NCBI GenBank assembly: GCA_964396555.1
Contig: CAYNFX010000001.1
Span: 14,685-78,684, forward strand
Direction of reading: 5' to 3'
DNA from: an uncultured Alkaliflexus sp.
GTDB lineage: Bacteria; Bacteroidota; Bacteroidia; Bacteroidales; Marinilabiliaceae
DNA: 64,000 bases
Positions 9,580-20,472 of this stretch are shown in pieces. The notes under the pieces were generated by a model that made no database searches, was not told the DNA's origin, and saw nothing but the letters and a program-made list of their open reading frames with translations. The position numbers and the translations under genes were made by a program. Position 1 is the stretch's first letter; each line of letters opens with the position of its first letter.

Positions 9580-10245
9580 ATGAGCAGAGCAATGGAGTAC
9601 TGGCATAAGAACAGGAATTTTGTGTTTGTCCTGTTCCTAAGCCTGTTTTTTTTGGTCCTATGTAATCGGGTTTTTAACACCGAAACAGAAAATGAGGCGA
9701 GGGAGGTTGCCGGTAACTCAGTAACTGAGGGGGACAGGTATCAGCCTCTTAGCCTTGAGGAAGTTGAGAGATATAAAAAGTCCGCAGAGCATTCTGACGA
9801 CAGTTCCTTTATCAGGATTTTGCTGCTTGCAATGGCCCTGATTCTGTTTGTAAAATTCGGTTTTAAAAAGGGTTGGTTCGCTTACCTTATGCCGCAGGTG
9901 GTGCATTTCAAAGCCTCTTTGCGTAGGAGTCGCAAGACAGGACGTCTACTGATAAGGATCTCGTTTTACAACAATACTCCCCAAAGTAAAACCTTTAATG
10001 CCCCTTATGTGTTTTTTAAGAGGGGATCTGCTGTAAGGAATTTCGTCATCCGAAACGACTACTTCCCTCTTACACTTCCATCCGGAAGCTCACATATAAT
10101 GCTGATTGACGTGGAACAATTTTGGGAAAAGGTCGCAGGGCTGGAGAGTTACAAAAGGGTCGGTGCTGCGATAGAAACTACATCGGGAGAGAGATTCAGA
10201 TCCTTGTCTTTGCCCAGATGGTTAGTAATTTTCAAAGCTGAGTAA
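9580..10245 (+). CDS. Hypothetical membrane protein
   Basis: Two hydrophobic helices then a soluble domain; TACTTTTG -7 box at 9508-9515; abuts the TlpA gene. Confidence 0.6.
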   Translation: MSRAMEYWHKNRNFVFVLFLSLFFLVLCNRVFNTETENEAREVAGNSVTEGDRYQPLSLEEVERYKKSAEHSDDSSFIRILLLAMALILFVKFGFKKGWFAYLMPQVVHFKASLRRSRKTGRLLIRISFYNNTPQSKTFNAPYVFFKRGSAVRNFVIRNDYFPLTLPSGSSHIMLIDVEQFWEKVAGLESYKRVGAAIETTSGERFRSLSLPRWLVIFKAE

Positions 10246-10246
10246 G

Positions 10247-10855
10247 ATGAAAAAGGGCATATTAAAAGAACGATGGAACAAATACAGAAAGAGGAAACGT
10301 TGGTGGAGTATCCTGTTCGATTTCCTTTTTCTTGTGCTTATTGTGGGAATGCTTATCCCACAGAGCAGAAAAAGTATATCATCCTTTGTTGTAAGGCAAA
10401 CCTTGTTAGCTCCCCGGGAGTCATCAAATACAGTTATTCTTGGTAAAGAAGATTGGGAAATGCATTTGCGGGATAGTGAAGGGAGAATTGTGCAATTGTC
10501 AGATTTTCGTGGGAAACCTGTATTTATTAACTATTGGGCAAGTTGGTGTCCACCCTGCATAGCCGAGATGCCCTCAATTAGTAATCTATACGACAATTAT
10601 AAAGACTCCGTTAACTTCATTTTTATTTCTACAGAATCGCTTGAAAATGCAGCAAGGTATTTAGAAAAGAACTCTTACAACTTCCCTGTGTTTACAACTG
10701 CTGGCGAGATCCCTGAAGCCCTCATAACAACAACTATCCCTACAACAATACTTATTAGTAAAGGTGGCCGTCTTGTCATGTATAAGACAGGAGCTGCCCG
10801 TTGGGATTCAAGGGATGCCTTTAAAATATTCGATAGGCTGCTAAGTGAAATGTGA
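10247..10855 (+). CDS. TlpA/ResA-like thiol-disulfide oxidoreductase
   Basis: N-terminal anchor, FINYWASWCPPCIAEMP CxxC motif, IPTT cis-Pro loop. Confidence 0.9.
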   Translation: MKKGILKERWNKYRKRKRWWSILFDFLFLVLIVGMLIPQSRKSISSFVVRQTLLAPRESSNTVILGKEDWEMHLRDSEGRIVQLSDFRGKPVFINYWASWCPPCIAEMPSISNLYDNYKDSVNFIFISTESLENAARYLEKNSYNFPVFTTAGEIPEALITTTIPTTILISKGGRLVMYKTGAARWDSRDAFKIFDRLLSEM

Positions 10856-10916
10856 GTTTTTTGGTGTAGGCCAAACAGGGATCCAAAACTAGGTGTATTT
10901 CAAATTGAAACAGTAT

Positions 10917-10951
10917 AAAAAAGAGGCTGACTCTGCTGAGTCAGCCTCTTT
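10917..10951 (-). terminator. Intrinsic (probably bidirectional) terminator between tlpA and tRNA-Gln
   Basis: 13-bp stem AAGAGGCTGACTC/GAGTCAGCCTCTT flanked by A6 and T tracts. Confidence 0.85.
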
Positions 10952-10952
10952 G

Positions 10953-11023
10953 TTGTCCCGCAAGGATTTGAACCCTGACTAGATGGACCAAAACCATCTG
11001 TGCTACCATTACACCACAGGACA
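10953..11023 (-). tRNA. tRNA-Gln (TTG)
   Basis: Reverse complement folds as a cloverleaf: acceptor TGTCCTG/CGGGACA (U1-A72), anticodon arm GATGG-TTTTGGT-CCATC, T-loop GGTTCAAATCC. CCA not encoded. Confidence 0.95.
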
Positions 11024-11055
11024 ATTACTTCGCCTTTGTTTTGTCAAAAGCGATG

Positions 11056-11087
11056 CAAATATAGATGGTTTTACTATATCTTTCAAA
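11056..11087 (-). promoter_or_regulatory. Consensus Bacteroidota promoter for tRNA-Gln
   Basis: On the minus strand TTTG-N20-TATATTTG. Confidence 0.8.
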
Positions 11088-11296
11088 AAAAACTCTACTA
11101 AAAATGCTTTCATCAGCCTAATTTTGTTTTATCTGATTGTGATACAGCCTGAAAATTAGTTTCGGTTTAGGCTAATCACGAATGATATTTACTGTGGAAG
11201 GCTTATTCATTATCCGATAACCCTAATCTTTTACAAGATTATTGTATTTTTGGCAAACATGCAGTTTTAGTTTATCGAATTTGTAAACGTTCAGTT

Positions 11297-14200
11297 ATGC
11301 AGCATTATAATCGCTTTAATAATATTTTTGGGTGGCTTGCCTTTCTGGTTTCGGCAGTTGTTTACATCCTGACCATTGAACCTACTACCAGTTTCTGGGA
11401 TTGCGGTGAGTTTATATCTTCAGCATATAAGTTGCTTGTCGGACACCCTCCGGGAGCGCCTTTTTTTATGCTTTTGGGTCGTTTCTTTACATTGTTTGCA
11501 GGTGATCCATCCAAGGTTGCGCTTACAATCAATATTATGTCCGCTCTGGCTAGTGCATTTACAATCATGTTCCTTTTCTGGACTATTACACATCTTGCCC
11601 GTAAGTTATTTATTGATGGAGTTGAGAATGCCGAATCATGGAGGATTATTGCTGTAATTGGTGCAGGCTTTGTCGGTGCCATGGTTTATACATTTTCTGA
11701 TACCTTCTGGTTTTCAGCAGTAGAGGGTGAAGTTTATGCTCTTTCCTCATTGTTTACAGCTGTGGTTTTCTGGTGTATTCTAAAGTGGGAGAATGTCGCA
11801 GATGAGCCTCATTCCAACCGCTGGCTTATACTGATTGCATATCTGATGGGACTGTCTATTGGTGTTCACTTATTGAACCTGTTGACAATTCCTGCAATTG
11901 TAATGGTTTATTATTTTAAAAAGTACGATGTTTCTCTTAAAGGTTCCTTCAAGGCACTTCTTTTATCATTTGTAATTCTTTTAGTAGTGCTTTATGGCGT
12001 TATTCCTATGATAGTAAGTCTTGCCTCCAAGTTTGAACTTTTGTTTGTAAACGGTTTAGGGCTTCCTTTCAACAGTGGTGTTGCGGTGTTTGCTATAATC
12101 CTTATTGGGGCAGTAGTATTTGGAATCTATATTACATATATAAGGGATTATCCTATTGCAAATACAATAATTACAGCGTTTGCCGTAATTCTGTTGGGCT
12201 ATTCTTCATATGCTACAATAGTGATAAGATCTCTTTCAAATCCTACAATGGATCAGAATTCACCTGAGGATGTCTTTTCATTAATGAGCTACCTCAACAG
12301 GGAACAATACGGTAACAGGCCTCTGGTTTCAGGACAGTACTACAGTTCCCCTATTGACTGGGATGCATTGAGAAATGACAAGGGGAAACCGATCTATGTA
12401 AAAGGCAAGGATAAGTATGAGATAGTAGATTATAGGCCAGACTACAAGTATAATGACCTTACTACTACACTATTTCCCCGTATGTATAGCAGTGAGCCTT
12501 CACATATAAGTGAGTATAAGGCCTGGGGAAGGGTTAAGGGCAGAAATATCTCGGTTGTTGGCAGCAATGGAAGGAGAGAGTCGGTTGAATTGCCCACTTT
12601 TGGCGAGAACCTTAGGTTTTTTATGAGCTATCAAGTAGGACATATGTACTTAAGGTACTTTATGTGGAATTTCTCGGGCAGACAAAATGATATTCAGGGC
12701 CATGGCGAGATTCATAAGGGAAACTGGATATCGGGAATTCCTTTTATAGATAATTTCCTTTATGGGGATCAGGATTTATTGCCTGATTCATACAAGAATA
12801 ATCCAGGACGTAATAAGTACTATATGCTTCCCTTGCTATTGGGTCTGATAGGCTTGTTTTATCAGTATGGTGCTGGGACCAAAGGCAAGAGGGACTTCTC
12901 TGTTATAATGTTACTGTTCTTTTTTACCGGTCTTGCTATTGTTCTTTATCTGAACCAGACTCCACTTCAGCCACGTGAAAGGGATTATGCTTATGCAGGT
13001 TCATTTTATGCATTCTCAATCTGGATTGGACTTGGGGTACTTCAGCTTGTTGAGCTATTGAAGAAAAGCAAAATATCAGGTGTGTTGGCTGCATCTGCAG
13101 TATCAGTTACCTCCCTTATAGTTCCCGGTATTATGGCAGCAGAAAACTGGGATGATCATGACAGGTCACGACGTACAATATCCCGTGACTTTGCATACAA
13201 TTATCTAAATACTGTTGGAGAAAACGGTGTGATATTTACTAATGGGGATAATGATACATTTCCTCTGTGGTATGCTCAGGAAGTTGAAGGAGTAAGGACT
13301 GATGTAAGGGTTTGTAATCTTAGTTACTTGCAAACTGACTGGTATATTGACCAGATGAAGCGTCCTTCATATGAGTCGAAGCCTCTGCCTATCTCTATGG
13401 AAAGGAAACAGTATATATTGGGTAAGAGGGATGTTGTTTATCTATTTGAAAGAGTTCAGGGCTATGCCGACCTAAAAGAGGCACTCAAGTTCCTGGCAAG
13501 CGATGATCCTCGTACCAAAAACATTCCCAACTATGGGTTGGTGGAACATTTCCCATCCAACAAATTTTCACTCAAGGTAGACTCTGCGAAGGTTATAGAG
13601 AATGGTATGGTAAGTAGTAGATATGCACATCAGGTAAAGTCTGAGATAAATATTACTATTGACAAGGAAAGAATACTCAAGAACGAGGTTATGGTTCTTG
13701 ATATGCTTGCTACAAACGACTTTAATAGGCCGATTTACTATGCGGTTACTGTTGGCAGTGACAACTATGTAGGGCTTGAAAGATACTTCCAGCTTGAAGG
13801 ATTCGGTTATCAGATTGTTCCAATTGACGCTCAGGCAGGCGACGGACAGTATGGAAGGGTCGATACTCAAAAGATGTATGACAATGTGATGAACAAGTAT
13901 ATATTCACTGGATGGGATGATCCAAGGGTATACCTGGATGAAAATCACAGAAGGATGGGGTTGAATCTGCGTAATAATATGACAAGACTTGCAAGTGCAC
14001 TCTTAATTGAGGGTGATACTGCAAAGGCTGTTGAAGTGCTTGACATGATTGTAGCAATTATGCCCCATGACAGAGTACCTCATAATTTCTTTTCATTGTT
14101 TATCTCAGAAAACTATTACAAAGCTGGAGAGTTTGAAAAAGGGGATCAGGTTATTAAGGAACTTTCCGAAGAGAATATCCAAGAGCTTAGGTTCTTTGCA

Positions 14201-14371
14201 GCTTTAGGAAGATCTTTCAAGGTAAATGATTCAGATGATTTTCAGTTAGGCCTGGCAATTTATGCAAACATCATCGATATGCTTGAGAAATATAACAGGG
14301 AAGATTTAAAGAGTGAGCTAGGCTTAGGATATGAGTCAGTTTTTAGTGGGTTGTCATTTTTGCATAAATAG
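11297..14371 (+). CDS. DUF2723 / TMEM260-like GT-C membrane glycosyltransferase
   Basis: PTTSFWDCGEFI acidic first loop, HPPGAP, WFSAVEGEVY, ERDY, GDNDTFPLWY.QEVEG.R.DV motifs; many TM helices plus a large soluble C-terminal domain. Confidence 0.85.
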   Translation: MQHYNRFNNIFGWLAFLVSAVVYILTIEPTTSFWDCGEFISSAYKLLVGHPPGAPFFMLLGRFFTLFAGDPSKVALTINIMSALASAFTIMFLFWTITHLARKLFIDGVENAESWRIIAVIGAGFVGAMVYTFSDTFWFSAVEGEVYALSSLFTAVVFWCILKWENVADEPHSNRWLILIAYLMGLSIGVHLLNLLTIPAIVMVYYFKKYDVSLKGSFKALLLSFVILLVVLYGVIPMIVSLASKFELLFVNGLGLPFNSGVAVFAIILIGAVVFGIYITYIRDYPIANTIITAFAVILLGYSSYATIVIRSLSNPTMDQNSPEDVFSLMSYLNREQYGNRPLVSGQYYSSPIDWDALRNDKGKPIYVKGKDKYEIVDYRPDYKYNDLTTTLFPRMYSSEPSHISEYKAWGRVKGRNISVVGSNGRRESVELPTFGENLRFFMSYQVGHMYLRYFMWNFSGRQNDIQGHGEIHKGNWISGIPFIDNFLYGDQDLLPDSYKNNPGRNKYYMLPLLLGLIGLFYQYGAGTKGKRDFSVIMLLFFFTGLAIVLYLNQTPLQPRERDYAYAGSFYAFSIWIGLGVLQLVELLKKSKISGVLAASAVSVTSLIVPGIMAAENWDDHDRSRRTISRDFAYNYLNTVGENGVIFTNGDNDTFPLWYAQEVEGVRTDVRVCNLSYLQTDWYIDQMKRPSYESKPLPISMERKQYILGKRDVVYLFERVQGYADLKEALKFLASDDPRTKNIPNYGLVEHFPSNKFSLKVDSAKVIENGMVSSRYAHQVKSEINITIDKERILKNEVMVLDMLATNDFNRPIYYAVTVGSDNYVGLERYFQLEGFGYQIVPIDAQAGDGQYGRVDTQKMYDNVMNKYIFTGWDDPRVYLDENHRRMGLNLRNNMTRLASALLIEGDTAKAVEVLDMIVAIMPHDRVPHNFFSLFISENYYKAGEFEKGDQVIKELSEENIQELRFFAALGRSFKVNDSDDFQLGLAIYANIIDMLEKYNREDLKSELGLGYESVFSGLSFLHK

Positions 14372-14989
14372 GTGAACAAGATTAAGATCAGACCGCCGTG
14401 GTGGCTTAGGATCCTGTTTCCGGGGGTCACATGGCGTGGAGATAAAAGCAGGAAATGTGTTTACTTAACCTTCGATGACGGTCCCATACCTGAAGTGACA
14501 CCTGCTGTTTTGGAAATTTTAGGTAGCAGGGATGTTAAAGCGACTTTTTTCTGTGTGGGAGAAAATGTAGAAAAGTATCCTGAAGTATATGCCATGCATG
14601 CAAGGTATGGCATGAAAACCGGGAACCATACCTTTTCCCATTCCAAGGCTTTTTCAATGTGCAAAGAGGAGTACTTCAAGGATATTGATAGGGCTCAGGA
14701 ACATATCGATTCAAAGTTTTTCAGGCCTCCTCATGGACAACTCTACCCATGGTACCTTCTTCGCTTAAAGAAAAAGTTTGAGAAGGTAGTGATGTGGGAT
14801 CTTATTACTGAAGATTACAGGAAGGACCTGGATGCTGAAGATATTTTCAACCGAGTTGTTAAATTTGTAAGGCCTGGTTCTGTGATAGTTTTTCATGACT
14901 CTTTAAAGGCCTGGCCAAGGCTCGAAAAAGCCTTACCCAGGACTTTGGATTATCTCATAGGTGAGGGTTATTTTTTTAAATTGCTTTAG
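14372..14989 (+). CDS. Polysaccharide deacetylase (NodB/CE4 family)
   Basis: YLTFDDGP, GNHTFSH, FRPPHG, IVFHD motifs; GTG immediately follows the DUF2723 stop. Confidence 0.9.
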   Translation: MNKIKIRPPWWLRILFPGVTWRGDKSRKCVYLTFDDGPIPEVTPAVLEILGSRDVKATFFCVGENVEKYPEVYAMHARYGMKTGNHTFSHSKAFSMCKEEYFKDIDRAQEHIDSKFFRPPHGQLYPWYLLRLKKKFEKVVMWDLITEDYRKDLDAEDIFNRVVKFVRPGSVIVFHDSLKAWPRLEKALPRTLDYLIGEGYFFKLL

Positions 14990-15041
14990 GGCACGAGTAG
15001 TGATTAATAAACCAATAAGGACAACATAAATCTGAATTCTG

Positions 15042-16316
15042 ATGAATATTCTAATAGTTGGCTCAGGAGGTCGTGAACATGCATTTGGCTGGCATTTAAA
15101 GCGCAGTCCATTGACTGACAAACTTTTTTTTGTTCCAGGAAATGCAGGAACTGCAACTATTGGCGAAAATCTTTTTGTCTCTACTAAGGATTTTGATGCA
15201 ATCAGGGATGCTGTCCTGAAGAATGATGTGAAACTTGTTGTTGTTGGCCCGGAGGAGCCTCTTGTTAAGGGGATTGTTGATTATTTCAAGGCAGAACCAT
15301 CTCTGTCAGGAGTAAGGATTGTTGGACCAGATTCGAGTGCTGCTGCACTAGAGGGTAGCAAAGATTTCGCAAAACAATTCATGCAGAAGTATAATATTCC
15401 TACAGCCGGATACTTTACTGTTACTTCTGAGAATGTTGCCGAGGGCAGGCTATTTATGGCGTCTCTCACTGCTCCGTATGTTTTGAAGGCAGATGGACTT
15501 GCTGCAGGTAAAGGTGTACTTATCATAAATGATTATGATGAGGCATGTGAGGAACTTGACAGAATCCTTGGAGGTAAGTTTGGGGCTGCTGGCAGCAGAG
15601 TTGTAATTGAGGAATTTCTTAGCGGAATTGAGCTCTCAATGTTTGTCCTTACAGATGGCAAGGATTATGTTTTGCTTCCCGAAGCAAAGGATTACAAGCG
15701 GATAGGGGAGGGAGACCAAGGTCTAAATACAGGTGGTATGGGAGCCGTTTCTCCTGTTCCTTTTGCAACACCAGAGTTTAAGAAGAAAGTTGAGGAAAGG
15801 ATCATTAAACCTACTATTGAAGGCATAGAAAAGGAAGGACTTTATTATAGGGGCTTTGTTTTCTTTGGACTTATTAAAGTAGGTGATGAGCCTTATGTTA
15901 TAGAATACAATGTAAGGATGGGAGACCCAGAAACTGAGGTTGTGATGCCTCGTTTGAGAAATGATCTCGTTGAACTCCTTTGTGCTACAGCTGATGGTAA
16001 ATTGGGAGGCATTGTGACGGAGTACGATCACCGAACTGCAGTAACTATTGTGATGGTATCTGGTGGTTATCCAGGGCAGTTTGCAAAAGGTCTTGAGGTA
16101 AAAGGTTTTGACAAGGTGGATGGAAGCCTGGTCTTCCATGCGGGGACTGAATTGTCAGGTACTAAGGTTTTGACTGTTGGGGGACGTCTTCTAGCTGTTA
16201 CTTCTTTCGGGGAGAGTATAAGTGAGGCTTCGGAGCGTTCTCGCAAGAACGCTTCCTTGATTGATTATGAGAATAAGTACTACAGGAGAGATATTGGATT
16301 TGACCTACTAGATTAG
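15042..16316 (+). CDS. purD: Phosphoribosylamine--glycine ligase
   Basis: GSGGREHA, VVVGPE.PL, LEGSK, KADGLAAGKGV, NTGGMGA, EYNVRMGDPE. Confidence 0.97.
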   Translation: MNILIVGSGGREHAFGWHLKRSPLTDKLFFVPGNAGTATIGENLFVSTKDFDAIRDAVLKNDVKLVVVGPEEPLVKGIVDYFKAEPSLSGVRIVGPDSSAAALEGSKDFAKQFMQKYNIPTAGYFTVTSENVAEGRLFMASLTAPYVLKADGLAAGKGVLIINDYDEACEELDRILGGKFGAAGSRVVIEEFLSGIELSMFVLTDGKDYVLLPEAKDYKRIGEGDQGLNTGGMGAVSPVPFATPEFKKKVEERIIKPTIEGIEKEGLYYRGFVFFGLIKVGDEPYVIEYNVRMGDPETEVVMPRLRNDLVELLCATADGKLGGIVTEYDHRTAVTIVMVSGGYPGQFAKGLEVKGFDKVDGSLVFHAGTELSGTKVLTVGGRLLAVTSFGESISEASERSRKNASLIDYENKYYRRDIGFDLLD

Positions 16317-16324
16317 AAATAACA

Positions 16325-17311
16325 ATGTTGTTTAGATCTCTGCATAATAACTCTATAAATGCTGCGCTGGCTACATCGCTGGGTGTGGCACTGTTGTGGT
16401 TGCGATATTTTGCAGTTGATATTACACACTATACAGCATTAGATAGTCCGTCAATGCCGCTTTGGGATGTGGTTATCAATCCGTTGTTTGGTTATTCTGC
16501 ATTCACTGCAGCCCTGTCTTCTTTAGGACTTGTGTTTCTTAATGGGTTGTTTCTTAATAGAATGGCTGCTAGGTATGCGTTGATACAGCGTCAAAGCCTT
16601 ATTGTATTGTTGGTTTATGCAATGTTTAGTTCAGCCTTTCTTTCAGTGCAGAAACTAAGTCCTGTGTGGGTTTTTGTTTTGTTCTTTGTTTTGGGATTGG
16701 ATAATCTTTTTGCAGCAGTAGATCGTCGTAACCCTTCAGTGAAGTGTTTTGATGCAGGGCTCTTGCTGGGTTTTGCTTCGCTATTCTATGCCAAAGGCGT
16801 TTTCTTTTTCCCTCTCTATATTCTTGCAATGGGAGTATTGAGACTCCATTCATTCAGGTCAGTGGCTGCATCATTCATGGGACTTCTTTTCCCATTTGCA
16901 ATGAGTTTTGCCTATTATCTTTTCCTTGACAAAGGAGCTTTTTTTTATGAGATATTAGTTGAGAACTTAGTTGCCAATCCTGGTCAATACAGCCATACTT
17001 TGTACTCCAGAATATATATGGCATTTTTGATTCTGATTACTGGTGTTTCCCTTCTGGTATGTATCAGGCAGATGAATGTTCAGAAAATAATAGTAAGGCG
17101 TTATTTCAGGATCTTTATATGGATTATACTTGTCAATGCAGCTGTGGTAATGAGCCCGTTCTTTTCAATGGAACTTATGCCACTTTCTGTAAGTGCACTT
17201 GCTCTGGTAGTTTCGAAATGGTTTGAAGTAATGCAGCGTGACAGGGTGAGAGAAATTGTATTCCTTGTTTTCGTTATTGTAACAGTAGCAGGACAGTTTT
17301 TGCTTTACTAG
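16325..17311 (+). CDS. Multi-pass membrane hypothetical protein (DUF6427-like)
   Basis: About 9-10 hydrophobic helices directly after purD, a position recalled for DUF6427 in Bacteroidia. Confidence 0.65.
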   Translation: MLFRSLHNNSINAALATSLGVALLWLRYFAVDITHYTALDSPSMPLWDVVINPLFGYSAFTAALSSLGLVFLNGLFLNRMAARYALIQRQSLIVLLVYAMFSSAFLSVQKLSPVWVFVLFFVLGLDNLFAAVDRRNPSVKCFDAGLLLGFASLFYAKGVFFFPLYILAMGVLRLHSFRSVAASFMGLLFPFAMSFAYYLFLDKGAFFYEILVENLVANPGQYSHTLYSRIYMAFLILITGVSLLVCIRQMNVQKIIVRRYFRIFIWIILVNAAVVMSPFFSMELMPLSVSALALVVSKWFEVMQRDRVREIVFLVFVIVTVAGQFLLY

Positions 17312-20300
17312 CCCTGCTTTTTAATCCATTTGGTTAGTATGTTTTCCAAAGTCTCGAAACGTACTGGTTTCCCGATATAATCATTCATTCCGGCTTCAAT
17401 GCATATTTCTCGATCTCCCTTAAGGACATTGGCTGTCATAGCAATGACAGGAAGCCTGAACCCTCTTGATCTAAGTTCCTTAGTTGCATCCAGACCATTA
17501 AGCTCCGGCATTTGAACATCCATCAGAATAAGGTTGAACTCACTGCCCTTTTTGTCCATCAGATCTACTGCCTCCCTGCCGTTGGTAACGATAGTGACTT
17601 GATAGTCTAGTTTCAGGAGCATTTTCTCAGCTATCTTCTGGTTTATCGGATTGTCTTCTACGAGCAGAATGTGCTTTTTGCCCATATTTGTCTTATCATC
17701 TTCAGTGTTGATTTCGACGCTTTTATGCTCCAGGTTTTCTGTCCCTATATTGAAAAGCTCTGCTGTTGCAGCAAATAGAGTCGAATGCTTAACAGGCTTA
17801 TGTAATATCTTGTCAAATCCTTTGAAATTGTGAGGAGTAATAGTTTTTGGATTTGCTACAAGAAGCAATGCTTTAATAGAGGGTGACAATTCCTTTACCT
17901 CCTGAATAAACTTGTTTTCTATCTCTCTTAGCAAATGATTGTCTGCTATCAGCATGTGATAATTGGGGTACTTGCTCATGAACTGGATACCTTCCTGAAC
18001 TGTTGCAGCTGTAGTAACATTCATGCCCCAAATAGTAAGAGTCTTGCCTAAAAGCTTGGTGTTGGTTTCGTGGTCATCAACTATTAGCACATTAAGGCCA
18101 CTGAACCTCCCTTTGAATGAATTGATTGAAGGAGTTTGAATATCTATTTTAAAGGGTAGGACGAAGTGGAAGACACTCCCCGGGTTGGTTTTGGACGAAG
18201 AATAGGTCGGATTTGGACTTTCAATCCAGATTTTGCCATGCATAAGCTCAACCAGCATTTTTGAGATACTTGTTCCCAGTCCAGTTCCTCCGTATTTCCT
18301 GGTAGTTGATCCATCAAGCTGGGTGAAGGAGTCAAAGACCTTTTCTAGCTTTCCAGCAGGTATTCCAATTCCAGAATCCTGAACTTTGAAATGAAGGCTA
18401 ATATCATCCCCTTTGCGAGATACAACAGCTACAGACAGAATGACCTCACCCTGGTCTGTGAATTTGACGGAATTCCCCAAAAGATTGGTGAGTACCTGAA
18501 CAAGGCGTCCCTCATCACCAATAAGGATTGAAGGTATGTTCTCGTCAAGGTCGACATTAATCTCAAGACCTTTTTCATTTGCCTTAAATGATATCTGATC
18601 TAGCAGGTATTCTACAGTGTCGTTAATGTTGAAAGGCTGATATTCGATCTTCATCTTACCAGCTTCTATCTTTGAGAAGTCGAGTATATCATTGATGATT
18701 GAGATCAGGTTGTCGCATGATTTGGATATTACCGACAGAATGTTACGTTGTTCCTTCTCAAGATCAGTATTTGCCAGAAGCTCGGAAGCTCCAACAATAC
18801 CGTTCATTGGGGTACGAATCTCATGACTCATATTGGCAAGGAATTCTGATTTAGCTTTATTGGCTTCGGCTTCCTTCTGTTGAAGTTCCTTTTGAGCCGT
18901 GATATCCATAAATGCCTCAAGCCTTACTGATTCGTTGTTTAGCTTAATTGGTATTATATTCTTGAGGACTGTTCGGGAAATATTGTTTTCAGGAACAGTT
19001 AATTGTTCCTCACGGGTTTGAACGTTCAGCCCTGAGTTTATCTGGTGATAGTGGTTTTCAGAGTTTAACTTAAAAAACTGACTGTATGAATGGGTATTTA
19101 TATAAAGGCGAGCATCATCAAGGCTGTCAAAACCCATGGTTTTGGCAGCTGTCTGGTTAATTTCAATAATTTTCTGCTTGTCGTCTACGACCATAATACC
19201 TACAGGCAGGTTCTCGGTTATATTTTTCAGGTTTTCAATAGATTCGTTGAGAGACTCAGTAAGTAAACGTTTCTCTGTGATATCTTCCCTGATAATAATG
19301 AAATTGGATATAGTGTTTGCTTCATTAAATACTGGAGAGATCTGAACCCTTTCCCAGTATGTCATTCCTGCTTTGTTGCGAGTCTCTATTTCACCGCTCC
19401 ATGTATTACCAACTTGAATGGTGGCCATCACTATCTCAGAGAAATCATAGATACCGTTGTTGCTGAAAAAATATGGACGTGTACCAATCACCTCCTCCTT
19501 TAAATATCCAGTCTTTAATACATAGCTTTCATTAACGTATTCGGTAACCCCTCTGGTGTTGGTAATCATTATAGCCACCGGACTCTGCTCGACAGCCATC
19601 AACAGTTTTTTGCTGTTGAGTTCAGCTTTTTGTCTGGTTAGGATGACCTTTGAAATCTGGATTATTACAATGTAGGTGATACCTCCTGCGAAAAATGTAA
19701 AAAGGATCAGGCTTATGTATTTAAGTCGATTATATCGTTTCAGTACATTAATACTGGTCTCACTTACTGACAGTACATTTTTTTGTATATCAAAAGAAAT
19801 TTTCCTTTCTATTTCGAAGATTCTGTTGAAGATCCCATCTACTTGTTTCATGTAAAAGGCAAGAGTCTCATTAATCTGATCCCTTACGTTTACTGCACTG
19901 TCAGATGCGGCCTTGATTGTTGCGTTGATTCTGGAGGAAAGGGACTGTAGGTCGCTTATCGCCGGGTAGAGTTGCCTTACTTCGCTTATTGTACCTGTAT
20001 ACCAGTCTGCTTCATAGACAATCAGCTCGATTATTTCATCGGCTGAAGCCAGATTGGCAGAATTATGGTACTCGTACATTCCTCCTTGATCCAATATCCT
20101 AAGGATGTTCAGACACTCGTCAATCTTTAGACCTATCTGCGAATGTATATTTGATAGTTGCTGCGGGTGTGTTGCTGAAAGGTAAGTTGTGAATGCTATC
20201 TGGGTGTTGAGAAGCTGTTCCTTAAGTATAAAGTCAAGTTTCTGTTTCTGCTCCTGGTTACGTATCATCTGCTGATAGCGGAGCGTATAGTTTTTGTCAA

Positions 20301-20472
20301 AGTAGTTTTCTATAAACAGAATAATGAAGATAGTAAACAGGAAAATGCCAAGAAGCCAAAACAACTTATTAATTACCGGTTCTTTTATGAACGGCAATAG
20401 GCTGTCCCTGTACTTAAGCTTAAATAGCCTTTTACTTGAAGCAAGTTTCGTTTTAATTCCTGCTTTTATCAT
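17308..20472 (-). CDS. Hybrid sensor histidine kinase (2 TM, periplasmic domain, PAS/PAC, PAS-like, HisKA, HATPase, two receiver domains)
   Basis: [31 protein letters not shown]-box, [22 protein letters not shown], receivers VLIVDD...IAD and LLVED...LMDVQMP. Confidence 0.93.
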   Translation of the reverse strand: MIKAGIKTKLASSKRLFKLKYRDSLLPFIKEPVINKLFWLLGIFLFTIFIILFIENYFDKNYTLRYQQMIRNQEQKQKLDFILKEQLLNTQIAFTTYLSATHPQQLSNIHSQIGLKIDECLNILRILDQGGMYEYHNSANLASADEIIELIVYEADWYTGTISEVRQLYPAISDLQSLSSRINATIKAASDSAVNVRDQINETLAFYMKQVDGIFNRIFEIERKISFDIQKNVLSVSETSINVLKRYNRLKYISLILFTFFAGGITYIVIIQISKVILTRQKAELNSKKLLMAVEQSPVAIMITNTRGVTEYVNESYVLKTGYLKEEVIGTRPYFFSNNGIYDFSEIVMATIQVGNTWSGEIETRNKAGMTYWERVQISPVFNEANTISNFIIIREDITEKRLLTESLNESIENLKNITENLPVGIMVVDDKQKIIEINQTAAKTMGFDSLDDARLYINTHSYSQFFKLNSENHYHQINSGLNVQTREEQLTVPENNISRTVLKNIIPIKLNNESVRLEAFMDITAQKELQQKEAEANKAKSEFLANMSHEIRTPMNGIVGASELLANTDLEKEQRNILSVISKSCDNLISIINDILDFSKIEAGKMKIEYQPFNINDTVEYLLDQISFKANEKGLEINVDLDENIPSILIGDEGRLVQVLTNLLGNSVKFTDQGEVILSVAVVSRKGDDISLHFKVQDSGIGIPAGKLEKVFDSFTQLDGSTTRKYGGTGLGTSISKMLVELMHGKIWIESPNPTYSSSKTNPGSVFHFVLPFKIDIQTPSINSFKGRFSGLNVLIVDDHETNTKLLGKTLTIWGMNVTTAATVQEGIQFMSKYPNYHMLIADNHLLREIENKFIQEVKELSPSIKALLLVANPKTITPHNFKGFDKILHKPVKHSTLFAATAELFNIGTENLEHKSVEINTEDDKTNMGKKHILLVEDNPINQKIAEKMLLKLDYQVTIVTNGREAVDLMDKKGSEFNLILMDVQMPELNGLDATKELRSRGFRLPVIAMTANVLKGDREICIEAGMNDYIGKPVRFETLENILTKWIKKQG

